This document shows, piece after piece, positions 1 to 8,814 of a DNA stretch of 39,221 bases. The DNA comes from an uncultured virus (IMG/VR IMGVR_UViG_3300022700_000138) (Duplodnaviria; Heunggongvirae; Uroviricota; Caudoviricetes), in IMG/VR virus record IMGVR_UViG_3300022700_000138; one strand, written 5' to 3'. Under the pieces are notes generated by a model. That model was not told where the DNA came from. It saw only the letters and a list, made by a program, of their open reading frames with translations, and did no database searches. The position numbers and the translations under genes were made by a program. Numbering within the stretch: the stretch's first letter is position 1; every line of letters starts with the position of its first letter.

Positions 1-135
1 ACTGGCTTTTTCTTGACTACTAGAAGAAATTATGCTTATTGTAGATAGATCAGAATATATTGCATGGTGCATATCTGTTTGTAATATATGGATAGTAGAT
101 ATTGCACTGCAATGGAACTGCAATGGAGAGGCGTC

Positions 136-423
136 ATGGACATTGATCGAAAAGCTGACAAACTAGAAACTCCTGTTTGCCCACGCTGTGGCAACGAAAT
201 GACCCCGACCATAACAGAAGCCGTGTATCACGATGGTCAAAACATTCCAGTTAGAGGTGGTGGCCTTCAAACGTTCGTACCCATTGCGCACCGCCACTGC
301 TTTCAATGTGAGCAATGCACTCCACCACGCGCAGTGATTGAAGTCCCTTATACTGCAGAAAGAGACTACTGCGTCTGGAGTAACAACCATGAACCCAAAC
401 GAGACACTAACGAAAATTCGTGA
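136..423 (+). CDS. hypothetical Zn-ribbon protein
   Basis: CPRCG and CEQC motifs; GGAG/GAGG RBS before ATG at 136. Confidence 0.55.
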   Translation: MDIDRKADKLETPVCPRCGNEMTPTITEAVYHDGQNIPVRGGGLQTFVPIAHRHCFQCEQCTPPRAVIEVPYTAERDYCVWSNNHEPKRDTNENS

Positions 424-616
424 AGTGGTGAACCTTGTTCGGTTACCGCTGAAATGGTTAATACCTGGGCTAGGCAGGATCCCTTTGGACACGATGAGGT
501 AAACCGCCGCATTTGTGTTGAGGCCCGCGCCAAGCGTTTGGGTTTCTGGGGGTCGTACGAAAAGTGCGACGGTGAGGGAGTTATTTACCCGACTGATAAA
601 GCTCAGGTGAACTTGA

Positions 617-991
617 TTTTGTGGATGCTGCATCCGACACCCTCCGTCCGGAGCAGTGGCAGAATCCACCGAAGAACGTCACCAGCACACGAACAAAAAG
701 ATCGCGTTCAATCGGTTGGTGAAGACGAAAGAGTTTCAGAATTGGGCTCGGTTGCAAGCGGCAGCAGTAGAGCAAGGCTACCGTAATATCGAAGAGAAGG
801 TCGAAAAGTCGATGACGCCCAACAACCTGAAAGTAGAACACGTAACGACTTACACTTGTGACTCTTGTGGTAGGTCGGAAACAGTTACTTCTACGGATCC
901 TCTTGACGTGCCTACTTGGTTGGTGTACAGTGGAGAGGATCCCCGAAAGGTAGAGCAACACAGATGTACTGCCTGTGAGAGCAGGAAATGA
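617..991 (+). pseudogene. 5'-truncated peptide chain release factor-like (RF-1 domain) gene with C-terminal Zn ribbon
   Basis: Frame reads CCIRHPPSGAVAESTEERHQHTNKKIAFNRLV, resembling the post-GGQ part of RF-like domains; in-frame TGA at 614 upstream and no GGQ. Confidence 0.55.
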
Positions 992-1239
992 GCAAGCGTG
1001 CACTAAGGCGACACCACCGTCGGAGGCTTTTCCAAAAGCGCAGACGCTACTGGTCTAGTTTGTCTGATCATCCGAGGATGCTTCGTGTTATAGCTAAAAC
1101 ACCCCAGAGATGTTCTTGTGTTATGTGTAGCGGTAGCGCAGGTCGGAAACACGGCGAGGTTACACTACAGGAGCGAGCGGCCGAAATGGACGAAGAAGAA
1201 CAAATCTCTGCTCATATAGTGAGTGCGGAAGAAAAATAA
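988..1239 (+). CDS. basic hypothetical protein with CSCxMC motif
   Basis: ORF overlaps the upstream stop (ATGA); Arg-rich N-terminus. Confidence 0.65.
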   Translation: MSKRALRRHHRRRLFQKRRRYWSSLSDHPRMLRVIAKTPQRCSCVMCSGSAGRKHGEVTLQERAAEMDEEEQISAHIVSAEEK

Positions 1240-1244
1240 AATAA

Positions 1245-1319
1245 CGGGGCGTAGCGCAGTCTGGTCAGCGCGCCTGGTTTGGGTCCAGGATGTCGGAGGT
1301 TCAAATCCTCTCGCCCCGA
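1245..1319 (+). tRNA. tRNA-Pro(TGG)
   Basis: Cloverleaf; anticodon arm CCTGG-TTTGGGT-CCAGG; T loop TTCAAAT. Confidence 0.95.
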
Positions 1320-1321
1320 AT

Positions 1322-1399
1322 GGTGCGCAGCATACAACTCGGTATTCATGCCAATCTCCTGTTCCTCGTTGGAATTGCGAAGTGGTTTGGCTGCGTACC
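1322..1399 (+). ncRNA. candidate hairpin RNA directly after tRNA-Pro
   Basis: GGTGCGCAGC/GCTGCGTACC closing stem; inner C/U-rich loop CCAATCTCCTGTTCCTCGTTGG. Confidence 0.45.
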
Positions 1400-1412
1400 T
1401 TTACTGAGAGTC

Positions 1413-1574
1413 AGTGGTCATTGAGACCTGCTAGGTGCCTCAATAGTGGAGACGCAGTGAGTGTCTCCCAGATCACTTCATTTGTCTCACCTAAGTAAGT
1501 GAGGCAAATTGAGTGTGGCTGGGCATGCCATGCTCTCCTTACACCTGGGCAAGTGATTAAACTGCCCACTTTTT
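1413..1574 (+). ncRNA. five-hairpin RNA, copy A (homologous to 6755-6935)
   Basis: Same order of helices and shared motifs GGAGACGC, GAGTGYGGC..GCCRTRCTC, CCTGRGCA..TTAAACTGCYCACTTTTT. Confidence 0.65.
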
Positions 1575-1633
1575 GACCTCATCGGGCCACCCCAATATTG
1601 CTACGTGGTCAGAGGAGAGACGCCATCATTATC

Positions 1634-1661
1634 TTGACATTTGAGTCTAGCTTGGTACAGT
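1634..1661 (+). promoter_or_regulatory. sigma70-like promoter
   Basis: TTGACA-N16-TACAGT. Confidence 0.55.
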
Positions 1662-1715
1662 GGTAGGTGAGCTAGTCAACGTGGTAGCAATTTTAACGTG
1701 TAGGAGAGGATCATA

Positions 1716-1941
1716 ATGGACGCATCCCAACTCATCAGATTCGGGGAAATGTCTTTTCTGTTTGCCTTTTCCTTGGGTGGTATTTACTGGACGCTGTTGG
1801 TGCCGCTGGTTCCGGTCGTCAGCAGGTCAGCGTCGACGATTGGTGCAATGAGCACTATGATTTATTTGGCAAAAAGTTCGGAGTCGTCAGGTTTCCATTC
1901 GATGGGTACGTAACCTTCTCTATTGTTCGAGTTACTGACTG
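1716..1941 (+). pseudogene. frameshifted remnant of the 3' end of the ImmA/IrrE-like gene at 8815-9435
   Basis: ~1768-1935 nearly identical to ~9258-9425; one T fewer in GCCTTTT shifts the frame. Confidence 0.7.
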
Positions 1942-1963
1942 ACGACGTAGGAGGAGCTTCAAA

Positions 1964-2155
1964 ATGGATCCAAACGTGTACCTTACGACCATGCGCGAGA
2001 TCGCGGCTTTGGTTCGTAAAGGAGAGATTGACGGAGAAGCTCACTACGACCACAACGATGTTGAAAAGTTAGTGGAATGCTTTCTTAGTTTAGATGAGTG
2101 GCTGAGTAAAAATGGATGTCTCCCTGAGGATTGGGCTTCAGATGATTTCAAATAA
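1964..2155 (+). CDS. small acidic hypothetical protein (MDPN-type)
   Basis: AGGAGG RBS; related starts at 389 and 10784. Confidence 0.7.
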   Translation: MDPNVYLTTMREIAALVRKGEIDGEAHYDHNDVEKLVECFLSLDEWLSKNGCLPEDWASDDFK

Positions 2156-2181
2156 ATGTAGATTTCTTTGTCATTACACTT

Positions 2182-2317
2182 CGGGCGAGTGGCGTACGCG
2201 CCCGTCGTAGTGGGAACGAGGGATAGACCACTATAAATGAGCGTTGAATGGACCCTCCCGGCCTGAGCAAAACTATCCCGGGCACTTGTTTTGCTTGGAG
2301 CGCCTCCTCAACGCTCG
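2182..2317 (+). ncRNA. structured RNA upstream of tRNA-Lys, copy 1
   Basis: Four helices plus GGGATAG/CTATCCC loop-loop complement; compensatory changes relative to copy 2. Confidence 0.7.
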
Positions 2318-2321
2318 CTAC

Positions 2322-2394
<73 letters not shown>

Positions 2395-2409
2395 AAAGGA
2401 GATGGTTCC

Positions 2410-3063
2410 ATGAAAGCATTTTTTACGTCAGACACCCATTTTGGTCAAGAGCGTACCCTTCGATTGTCTAGGCGTCCTTTTAATTCAGTGGACGACATGG
2501 ATCGAAAGATGGTTGAGAATTGGAATGCCTGCGTGAGTGATGACGATGCTGTTTATCACTTAGGAGATTTCGGTAATCCTGAAATGGTCGAACGTCTAAA
2601 TTTCAGCCGTCTTTATCTAGTATTGGGAAACTATGACACCGAGGACGTTCTGAGCCGCCTGGAGACAGATCCACGGGTGGCGGTACTCCCTTATCAACCA
2701 TTTCAGCTCATGCCTCCATGGGATGATGGTACGAAAGATCTTCCGCTCCTGCACCTTGTTCATGAGCCCGAGAAAGCTCAAAATCCAAGAGACTTTTATT
2801 TGTTTGGGCATATACACCAACTTCAAATGGTGAAGCGTAATGGGCTTAATGTAGGAACCGATTGTCATCAATTTCGCCCACTTTCGTATTCAACGATCGT
2901 GTTTTACTACAACGCAATAAAGCGTCATTATGACCACAATGTATTTATGGAATACCTTGGAAAACCTTCCATTGGCTGCGCAAATTGTGACTACTACGAT
3001 GATGATGGGTGCGTCATGCTAAATACCCCGAGCCCATGGTGCCTAGACTTTAGACTAAAGTAA
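2410..3063 (+). CDS. calcineurin-like metallophosphoesterase
   Basis: SDTHFG, HLGDFG, LGNYD, FGHIH motifs. Confidence 0.9.
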   Translation: MKAFFTSDTHFGQERTLRLSRRPFNSVDDMDRKMVENWNACVSDDDAVYHLGDFGNPEMVERLNFSRLYLVLGNYDTEDVLSRLETDPRVAVLPYQPFQLMPPWDDGTKDLPLLHLVHEPEKAQNPRDFYLFGHIHQLQMVKRNGLNVGTDCHQFRPLSYSTIVFYYNAIKRHYDHNVFMEYLGKPSIGCANCDYYDDDGCVMLNTPSPWCLDFRLK

Positions 3064-3098
3064 AAACTTTTGTAAAGGGATTCGTAAGGAGATAGTTG

Positions 3099-4142
3099 AT
3101 GGCACTCACCACTAAAGCCCTGCTAGATCAGCGCTTCATGACTCGCCGGGATAAGCGATTTCCTAGGTTCAGCTACCTAGGATCTGCCGCAAAGCAGCCC
3201 CTTATGGATGATTGGATTAACCTATTAAAAGGAATTAAGAAGTACGTCGATCCGGTAGCTGGGAGCAACAATCAACCTTATGCCATTGGCAGCACCCACA
3301 ATATCCCAGTGTTGGTAAACGATGGAAGTTACTACAGTCACTGCATTGCTTGCGGGTTGTTCCATCGTAGGCAAAAAACTCGACTCTCTGGGCTCGCCGG
3401 TACCCTGGTGAAGACCAAGAAAAATAAACATGAGGGCATCTTCACAACTGAGTACGCTCCCAAAACGTTTAGCAAGACTTTTACGACCTACGTTGATGGA
3501 TTCTTGGTCCTACTCAATGAAGGAATCCTGGAAGAACATGCTCAATTCGCTAGAGCCTGTGTTGGCAAGACTCTCATGAATCTTTGCTCCTTCAGGAGCG
3601 TTAGCTTCTCCTTAGCACCTAAACTTAGGGACCTCAAGCCAAGTCAACAGGTGGAGGAGTTTGCTAGCACAGTACTGCGTACCGCTCACACGATGAACAC
3701 GTACCGAACTCCAGGGGAAGCGTGGTTTGGAGATGCGCGGAGATTTCTCAAAAAGGCGGATCTCAAAGGGGCGACGGTAAGTTTTGACCCAGCTTGGCCG
3801 TTTGCAAAAGAGAGGAAAGCGACGAACCCCTACCATTTTTATAGGAAGATTGGAGACATCTTACATCAGCAGGTACATGAAGAGATCCAATTCTGGACAA
3901 ACCCAGATAGTTCAAAAGCCGTAGCCAACGAGTTCGCTGGTTGGGTTCGACTGTGCTTCAAGCGTGGAGCAGATCAGGTGTTTGCCTGGAACCAGGATTC
4001 GAACCTTCCTAGTAAGAAAATCCTCATGAAAACTCTCAAGAAGGAATTTCGAGTTAAAGGGATTATGAAGATTGTAATGGACCGGGTGACTAGGAGTGGA
4101 AAGGTGTTTGAAGATTACGTGCTCCATATTCGGGCAGACTAA
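3099..4142 (+). CDS. DNA adenine methyltransferase-like protein (alpha-type motif order)
   Basis: YLGS motif X, DPVAGS motif I, FDPAWP in the place of DPPY. Confidence 0.65.
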   Translation: MALTTKALLDQRFMTRRDKRFPRFSYLGSAAKQPLMDDWINLLKGIKKYVDPVAGSNNQPYAIGSTHNIPVLVNDGSYYSHCIACGLFHRRQKTRLSGLAGTLVKTKKNKHEGIFTTEYAPKTFSKTFTTYVDGFLVLLNEGILEEHAQFARACVGKTLMNLCSFRSVSFSLAPKLRDLKPSQQVEEFASTVLRTAHTMNTYRTPGEAWFGDARRFLKKADLKGATVSFDPAWPFAKERKATNPYHFYRKIGDILHQQVHEEIQFWTNPDSSKAVANEFAGWVRLCFKRGADQVFAWNQDSNLPSKKILMKTLKKEFRVKGIMKIVMDRVTRSGKVFEDYVLHIRAD

Positions 4143-4225
4143 CCGGCACTTTTTGCTTGCTCTCGCGACCCTCATAAATATAATGAGGGTATTGAAAACA
4201 GAATAGCGGTGGATGGATAGTTTTC

Positions 4226-4596
4226 GGGCCCGAAATGGTTTCGACGAGGATGCATGAAGCCCTAGTTGCAACCGGAGGATTCTAGAGACCTCCTCAAACC
4301 TCTAGAGCCCATAAACGCGAACGACAACAACGTTCCCCTGGAGGTCGCTGAGGCGGCTTAAACTCCAGCGTCCTGCCAAGAGCCCTGCCTATGGCACTTG
4401 GTAAGGGCGTCGTTAAAGTAGGCTAGCTTTCCGGGAATCTTGCGACGGACGAGGAAGGCGAAAATTTCAGTCGCTATGCCGATGTTAGGTCGTTACCCTA
4501 CCTCGTGCAAAGGCGAAATGACAGAAAGTGGTAACTATGGTTGTAGAGGCTACGGTGGATCATCTTCGGACTCCGGTTCGACTCCGGACGGGTCCA
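4226..4596 (+). ncRNA. ssrA: tmRNA
   Basis: 5' GGGCCCG pairs with 3' CGGGTCC incl. G3:U; GGTTTCGAC; T arm GGTTCGACTCC; tag frame ANDNNVPLEVAEAA* at 4317-4361. Confidence 0.95.
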
Positions 4597-4674
4597 TGGA
4601 AACAACAACCGGTAAATAGAAAGGAGGGAGTCCATGCGATATTGTAGTATAATCAACCTCTAGACCTTCGCTGT

Positions 4675-4748
4675 TTCCCAGTCGGCAGCACTTGCCGGAG
4701 GAGTATTCATGGTGGTTAGGCAAGGCCACTGTGGGTATAGACTGGGAG
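4675..4748 (+). ncRNA. candidate multibranch small RNA upstream of tRNA-Glu
   Basis: TTCCCAGTC/GACTGGGAG closing stem with two inner hairpins. Confidence 0.4.
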
Positions 4749-4753
4749 CCTTT

Positions 4754-4825
4754 GGCCCCATCGTTCAGTGGTTAGGACACTGGCCTTTCACGCCAGCGAC
4801 ACGGGTTCAAATCCCGTTGGGGTCA
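4754..4825 (+). tRNA. tRNA-Glu(TTC)
   Basis: Cloverleaf; CTGGC-CTTTCAC-GCCAG. Confidence 0.95.
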
Positions 4826-4827
4826 GT

Positions 4828-4905
4828 GCCAATTACTCAGATTACCTACATCCTCTACAACTGTTTGATTCGACTCCTGTCGTAGAGGCCTCCTGAGTAG
4901 TTGGC
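4828..4905 (+). ncRNA. candidate hairpin RNA between tRNA-Glu and tRNA-Arg
   Basis: 13-bp stem GCCAATTACTCAG/CTGAGTAGTTGGC; inner CCTCTAC/GTAGAGG. Confidence 0.5.
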
Positions 4906-4908
4906 TTT

Positions 4909-4982
<74 letters not shown>

Positions 4983-4986
4983 CAAA

Positions 4987-5126
4987 TGGCGGACCTAGTG
5001 AAGTAGCCCCCTAATTACCTCGCTAAAGTGAGGGTGGATTGGGGGTGTCACTTGGGTGAAACTCTAGGAGGCTTTGTAGGACGTGACACTCTTACAGGGT
5101 CGGTCCCTCCCTTGAGGGGCTCGCCG
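4987..5126 (+). ncRNA. candidate two-arm structured RNA
   Basis: TGGCGG/TCGCCG closing stem; two long arms; loop GTGACAC complementary to GTGTCAC. Confidence 0.55.
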
Positions 5127-5134
5127 AATTTATC

Positions 5135-5235
5135 GAAGGACTGTTGCGACCTCATTCCAATTTGGTAGCTGTTGTCCCCCCTTACCAATTGGGCGCTTAC
5201 CTGAATTAGCCACCCTTGGGGTTCTTGAGTCCTTC
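5135..5235 (+). ncRNA. candidate hairpin RNA upstream of tRNA-Val
   Basis: GAAGGACT/AGTCCTTC; inner CCAATTTGGTAG/TTACCAATTGG; C-rich loops. Confidence 0.45.
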
Positions 5236-5239
5236 CTTT

Positions 5240-5312
5240 GGGTGAGTAACTCAGATGGAAGAGTGGTTGCCTTACAAGCAACAAGGCGGGGGTTCAAGTC
5301 CCTCCTCACCCA
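5240..5312 (+). tRNA. tRNA-Val(TAC)
   Basis: Cloverleaf; GTTGC-CTTACAA-GCAAC. Confidence 0.92.
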
Positions 5313-5388
5313 CTAGGTAGTTCAAACATTGTATATGCGCCTCGTCCATACTTACTAAGCGCGTTGGGGATGAGGAATGAGGTAACTC

Positions 5389-5694
5389 ATGGCACACAAA
5401 GCAAGGTATCGAATCGTACCCAACACTCCAACATCTATCGCCTTGGCTGAAGAGCATGGATTCGAAGTCCGTGGTTACAGCGAGTATTCCTCCGATGGGT
5501 TTCCCTCGAAAGCGGAACTGGTAAGGTACGAACCCGTTCCGGATATCCACCGCAACGAGGATGACCAGTGGTACTGTCGGACTTGTGGTGGAGTAGGTGG
5601 TTGTTCTTGTTTGCGGGGCACAAAGGATCTCGTATGGGAAGATCCCATCTGTGATTGTGGTCAGTTGGCTTCTGCTTGTGGGTGTTCCCAGTAG
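5389..5694 (+). CDS. hypothetical Cys-rich protein
   Basis: GAGG RBS; CRTCG, CSC, CDCG. Confidence 0.65.
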   Translation: MAHKARYRIVPNTPTSIALAEEHGFEVRGYSEYSSDGFPSKAELVRYEPVPDIHRNEDDQWYCRTCGGVGGCSCLRGTKDLVWEDPICDCGQLASACGCSQ

Positions 5695-5705
5695 ATGCCT
5701 GTTTT

Positions 5706-5778
5706 GCCAGTGTAGCTCAGTTGGTAGAGCAGTTGATTTGTAATCAACCTGTCGCGGGTTCGACTCCTGTCACTGGCT
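5706..5778 (+). tRNA. tRNA-Thr(TGT)
   Basis: Cloverleaf; GTTGA-TTTGTAA-TCAAC. Confidence 0.95.
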
Positions 5779-5801
5779 TACGAATTTGGAGGTATCTACT
5801 C

Positions 5802-6131
5802 ATGGATTTTCGGTGCGATGTGTGCGATACTCAGCAAACTGATTATATCAACAGTGTGGGTTGTTGCGCAGCTTGCGCTAAGAAAATCTTGCTCGACATT
5901 CCCGCATCCTTTGACTGGTCTTTCGGAGAGCACTTCTTGGTGCAAACTGCTAAGTATGGCAATTTTATCTGGAGTGACCCAGAGTATGGTGGTGACAACA
6001 CTATCACCGAGTTCACTGGAGATCTTGAGGATTTCTGCAAAGACAGTGGAATCCCATACGTGCGAGATAAAGGAATCCACGTCATCGAAAGGTATGTGGG
6101 CGGAGATTTTGTAGTGAAACCTAAGCTGTAA
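5802..6131 (+). CDS. hypothetical protein
   Basis: GGAGG RBS before ATG at 5802; the longer ORF-track start overlaps tRNA-Thr. Confidence 0.7.
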   Translation: MDFRCDVCDTQQTDYINSVGCCAACAKKILLDIPASFDWSFGEHFLVQTAKYGNFIWSDPEYGGDNTITEFTGDLEDFCKDSGIPYVRDKGIHVIERYVGGDFVVKPKL

Positions 6132-6160
6132 AACTGAAGTGACAAGTACAGGAGAACAAT

Positions 6161-6391
6161 ATGATCGTCGTAGACAGAGCTGAGTACATGGCGTGGTGTG
6201 AAGGTATACTCCTTGACCGAAAAGCAGACGGATCGATGGTGGTAGGAGATCAAGCCAACCACGAAAAAGCAGACGAAGCTCTAGCCGATGGTGAGCCCGT
6301 AGGCATGACAGTTAACGGTAATCTAATATCTGTCATCCAATTTGATGAGGAGCAGGAAGCCTACGTAGAAAAAGAAATTGAGCTGACTTAG
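6161..6391 (+). CDS. acidic hypothetical protein
   Basis: AGGAG RBS. Confidence 0.7.
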   Translation: MIVVDRAEYMAWCEGILLDRKADGSMVVGDQANHEKADEALADGEPVGMTVNGNLISVIQFDEEQEAYVEKEIELT

Positions 6392-6412
6392 GTAGATTAT
6401 TAACTGGTACTT

Positions 6413-6485
6413 GCTGGGGTAGCCTAGTGGTTCAGGCAGCTGACTGTTAATCAGCCCTACGCAGGTTCGAATCCTGCTCCCAGCG
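6413..6485 (+). tRNA. tRNA-Asn(GTT)
   Basis: Cloverleaf; GCTGA-CTGTTAA-TCAGC. Confidence 0.93.
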
Positions 6486-6525
6486 TTATGCAACACGTAA
6501 AACCTGCAATAGGGAGCAAGCCATA

Positions 6526-6753
6526 ATGAGAAAAGACGCCAATACTGTAAAAAGTTGGAAAAAGCTACGTGCAGGTATCGTGTGCAAGGGCATTGAGGTG
6601 GTGGCAATTTACCCAGAGGAAAGTAGTTGGTCTGGCCCTGGGTTGAATTACCCGCAAAAGCCGACCGATGAAATTGCTTTCAGAGACTATAAAAAAGGAG
6701 AATGGTCGAGCTGCAACGCTGCCGCATTCATAAAAAGACTGAAACGTAGGTAA
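6526..6753 (+). CDS. hypothetical protein
   Basis: GGGAG RBS. Confidence 0.6.
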   Translation: MRKDANTVKSWKKLRAGIVCKGIEVVAIYPEESSWSGPGLNYPQKPTDEIAFRDYKKGEWSSCNAAAFIKRLKRR

Positions 6754-6754
6754 A

Positions 6755-6935
6755 GCCGCGAGGTGTTTACACCTCGTTATGGAGACGCGTTAAGCGCCTC
6801 CTGGCCTTCTCCCTCTCGCTTTGCGCCGTCCGGTTTAGCCGTGAGGCGGTGGCCGGCGAGGGGATACGAGTGCGGCTTCCTAGGACGTGCCGTACTCCAC
6901 CCCGCCTGAGCACGCGGTTAAACTGCTCACTTTTT
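6755..6935 (+). ncRNA. five-hairpin RNA, copy B
   Basis: Helices 6758-77, 6781-6801, 6810-64, 6868-97, 6907-29 then T-tract; motifs shared with 1413-1574. Confidence 0.65.
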
Positions 6936-6949
6936 AACTTCATCGGGAG

Positions 6950-7351
6950 ATGCCAATCATGTCCTGTGTAGATTGTGGGATTTGTGGTGAGTCGATCGAC
7001 CTTAACCAGAGTGGCTATACGACGGGCTTTGCTGTTGACGGTAAGACGTACGCACACATCGCCTGCTGGGTTCAAGACCGCCCTAATCCAACCGATGGAC
7101 TAGATGCAACTGACGTAGATTTTGACTTGCATCCCATCGTTTGGATTTGGGATGAGGTAATTGCCGGCAACAAAGTTGATGTAACTGTGCGCATGTACTA
7201 CAGCGACATGTTTTGTTGGGTAGCCGAGTTTGACGACGGAGACTTTGAAAATACACGAACAGGTATATGCAGTACAGGAATAGGGACCACCCTAGAAGCA
7301 GCAAAAAGGGAGGCCACCGGCTTTATAATGTGGCACCTCATGCGGTACTAA
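6950..7351 (+). CDS. hypothetical protein
   Basis: ORF with CGICG..HIAC. Confidence 0.6.
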   Translation: MPIMSCVDCGICGESIDLNQSGYTTGFAVDGKTYAHIACWVQDRPNPTDGLDATDVDFDLHPIVWIWDEVIAGNKVDVTVRMYYSDMFCWVAEFDDGDFENTRTGICSTGIGTTLEAAKREATGFIMWHLMRY

Positions 7352-7397
7352 GTTTGTTTCCTCTGAGCAGCATTGAAGCTGCAAAGGAGGTACAGCG

Positions 7398-7649
7398 ATG
7401 GATACGCTGAGCATTGGAAGTCTAGTTATCTACACCGACAAGCACTTCGTGGATCGAGAGGTACTCGTTACCGCGATCTGGGCAGCTCCTAACTGGAGGG
7501 ATACGGGTCAAATACCTTGTATCAATCTGGTCTTCGTCTCAGGAGACGATACCAGGGATGACCAGTATGGGCGTCAAGTGCTGGAGGCGCTGCTGTGTAA
7601 TTTTTTCGGGAGTACTGTTCATTCTTTTCCTCCGATAGTAATTGTGTAG
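7398..7649 (+). CDS. hypothetical protein, probably truncated near 7580
   Basis: AGGAGG RBS; composition becomes T-rich after GRQV. Confidence 0.5.
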   Translation: MDTLSIGSLVIYTDKHFVDREVLVTAIWAAPNWRDTGQIPCINLVFVSGDDTRDDQYGRQVLEALLCNFFGSTVHSFPPIVIV

Positions 7650-7958
7650 CGTATACTCCTTCCCGGGGTCAAGCGGTTTTGTATTGTTTTTGGCGGCTCT
7701 CGTAATGTTTTCATCGTTAGATTATCCTGTGCCTTTCGTAGTATCAGTATTGTATATTTCAGAATCAAAGGTAATAAAAATCACCCATGACCACCAACAT
7801 ATTGATTTAATGAAAGAATTAGAGATGATTTTCGGTGAAAAATCACTCGCGGAAGCGATCGCCGCCGAGAACACTGCTGACTATTCACAGCATTCTGTCT
7901 TCCGCCATCCGTGGTATTCCCTCCTACTGAGCCAGATTCTGGCTGTAAATAGTAAGAT

Positions 7959-8303
7959 ATGAGCCAAGAGAACAAAAACTATCGGTGCCGCTGTCGCGGA
8001 CACGGTGCCCCGGAAATAATAGAGCCCTGCATACGCGAGCTGGTTGACTGCTTGAACCGCCACGGCGTCAGAACTGTGCAGAGTTGCTGCGGCCACGGTG
8101 AGGAAGGGGGCATTATTTTGTCCCTGGATTCAATCCAGCCCAATATTGTCGCGTCTGGTGAACAGATGGGATGGCGCTTGGTGCTGGCCGCAAAGCCAGT
8201 ACGTAAACCCTACGATGACGAAAAGGGTGAGTGGGTCGAGGAGTACCCAACAGGCGGGATGGCTTGGTACGGTCGGTATCCGGGCGCCCCCGAACACGGG
8301 TAA
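7959..8303 (+). CDS. hypothetical protein with G.RT..SCCGHG motif
   Basis: ORF and motif. Confidence 0.65.
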   Translation: MSQENKNYRCRCRGHGAPEIIEPCIRELVDCLNRHGVRTVQSCCGHGEEGGIILSLDSIQPNIVASGEQMGWRLVLAAKPVRKPYDDEKGEWVEEYPTGGMAWYGRYPGAPEHG

Positions 8304-8471
8304 CTATTTCTTTTTCCGATCAATGGCCTTGCAGTGGTTGCATTTTTCACGTCCGCTGGGCGGTTTGTTGCCTTTGGTCCAACCACTGGCCGGGTAGTGA
8401 TTAACGTGGCAGCTCGTGTGCCAATGGTATTCATCCTCGCCCTTTGTCGTCTTCCAGTAGTACGTGGCCAT
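8304..8471 (-). CDS. 55-aa putative Zn-binding protein (not in ORF track)
   Basis: MATYYWKTTKGEDEYHWHTSC...EKCNHCKAIDRKKK*; GAGGTG RBS. Confidence 0.65.
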   Translation of the reverse strand: MATYYWKTTKGEDEYHWHTSCHVNHYPASGWTKGNKPPSGREKCNHCKAIDRKKK

Positions 8472-8814
8472 TTTTCACCTCTTTGCTGTTGTTGCGGCTT
8501 GAGGCTACCTGACCGAATATTGTAGAGTCAATGGATTTTCGGAGACCAAAAAGATTATAAAGTCTGTGGTTAATTAGTATAAAGCGATCTCTGGGGAGAG
8601 AGAAATCAAATTAGGACAGTGCCGGGCGTCAGATCGAACGGGAGACTTCAGTGGTCCATGTGAGTGGGAATCCTGCTGGAGGGTTTTGCTGGCGCATGCC
8701 AAATGAACCAAAGCCCCCAATGGGACTGTTGAGAAGTAGATAGCGACAGCCGCGGACTGGTGCCGAGCAGGTGCCTGCCACCACGGTTTCAGTGCTGCGC
8801 AGAGGAGGACAAAC

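Noticed and set aside
1223..1498. ORFs over tRNAs (also 5048-5284, 11918-12130, 18217-18414 and the 5' extensions at 5655 and 13663)
   Set aside because: They translate tRNA/ncRNA sequence; better starts with RBS lie downstream where a real gene exists
4987..5126. Hammerhead ribozyme or SRP RNA
   Set aside because: GAAAC is present but no CUGANGA core; no SRP helix 8 motif
8210..8434. 74-aa minus-strand ORF
   Set aside because: The other minus frame (8471-8304) has the RBS, a coherent His/Cys pattern and no overlap with 7959-8303
8575..8810. Possible ncRNA upstream of the ImmA-like gene
   Set aside because: Only short, unconvincing pairings found by eye
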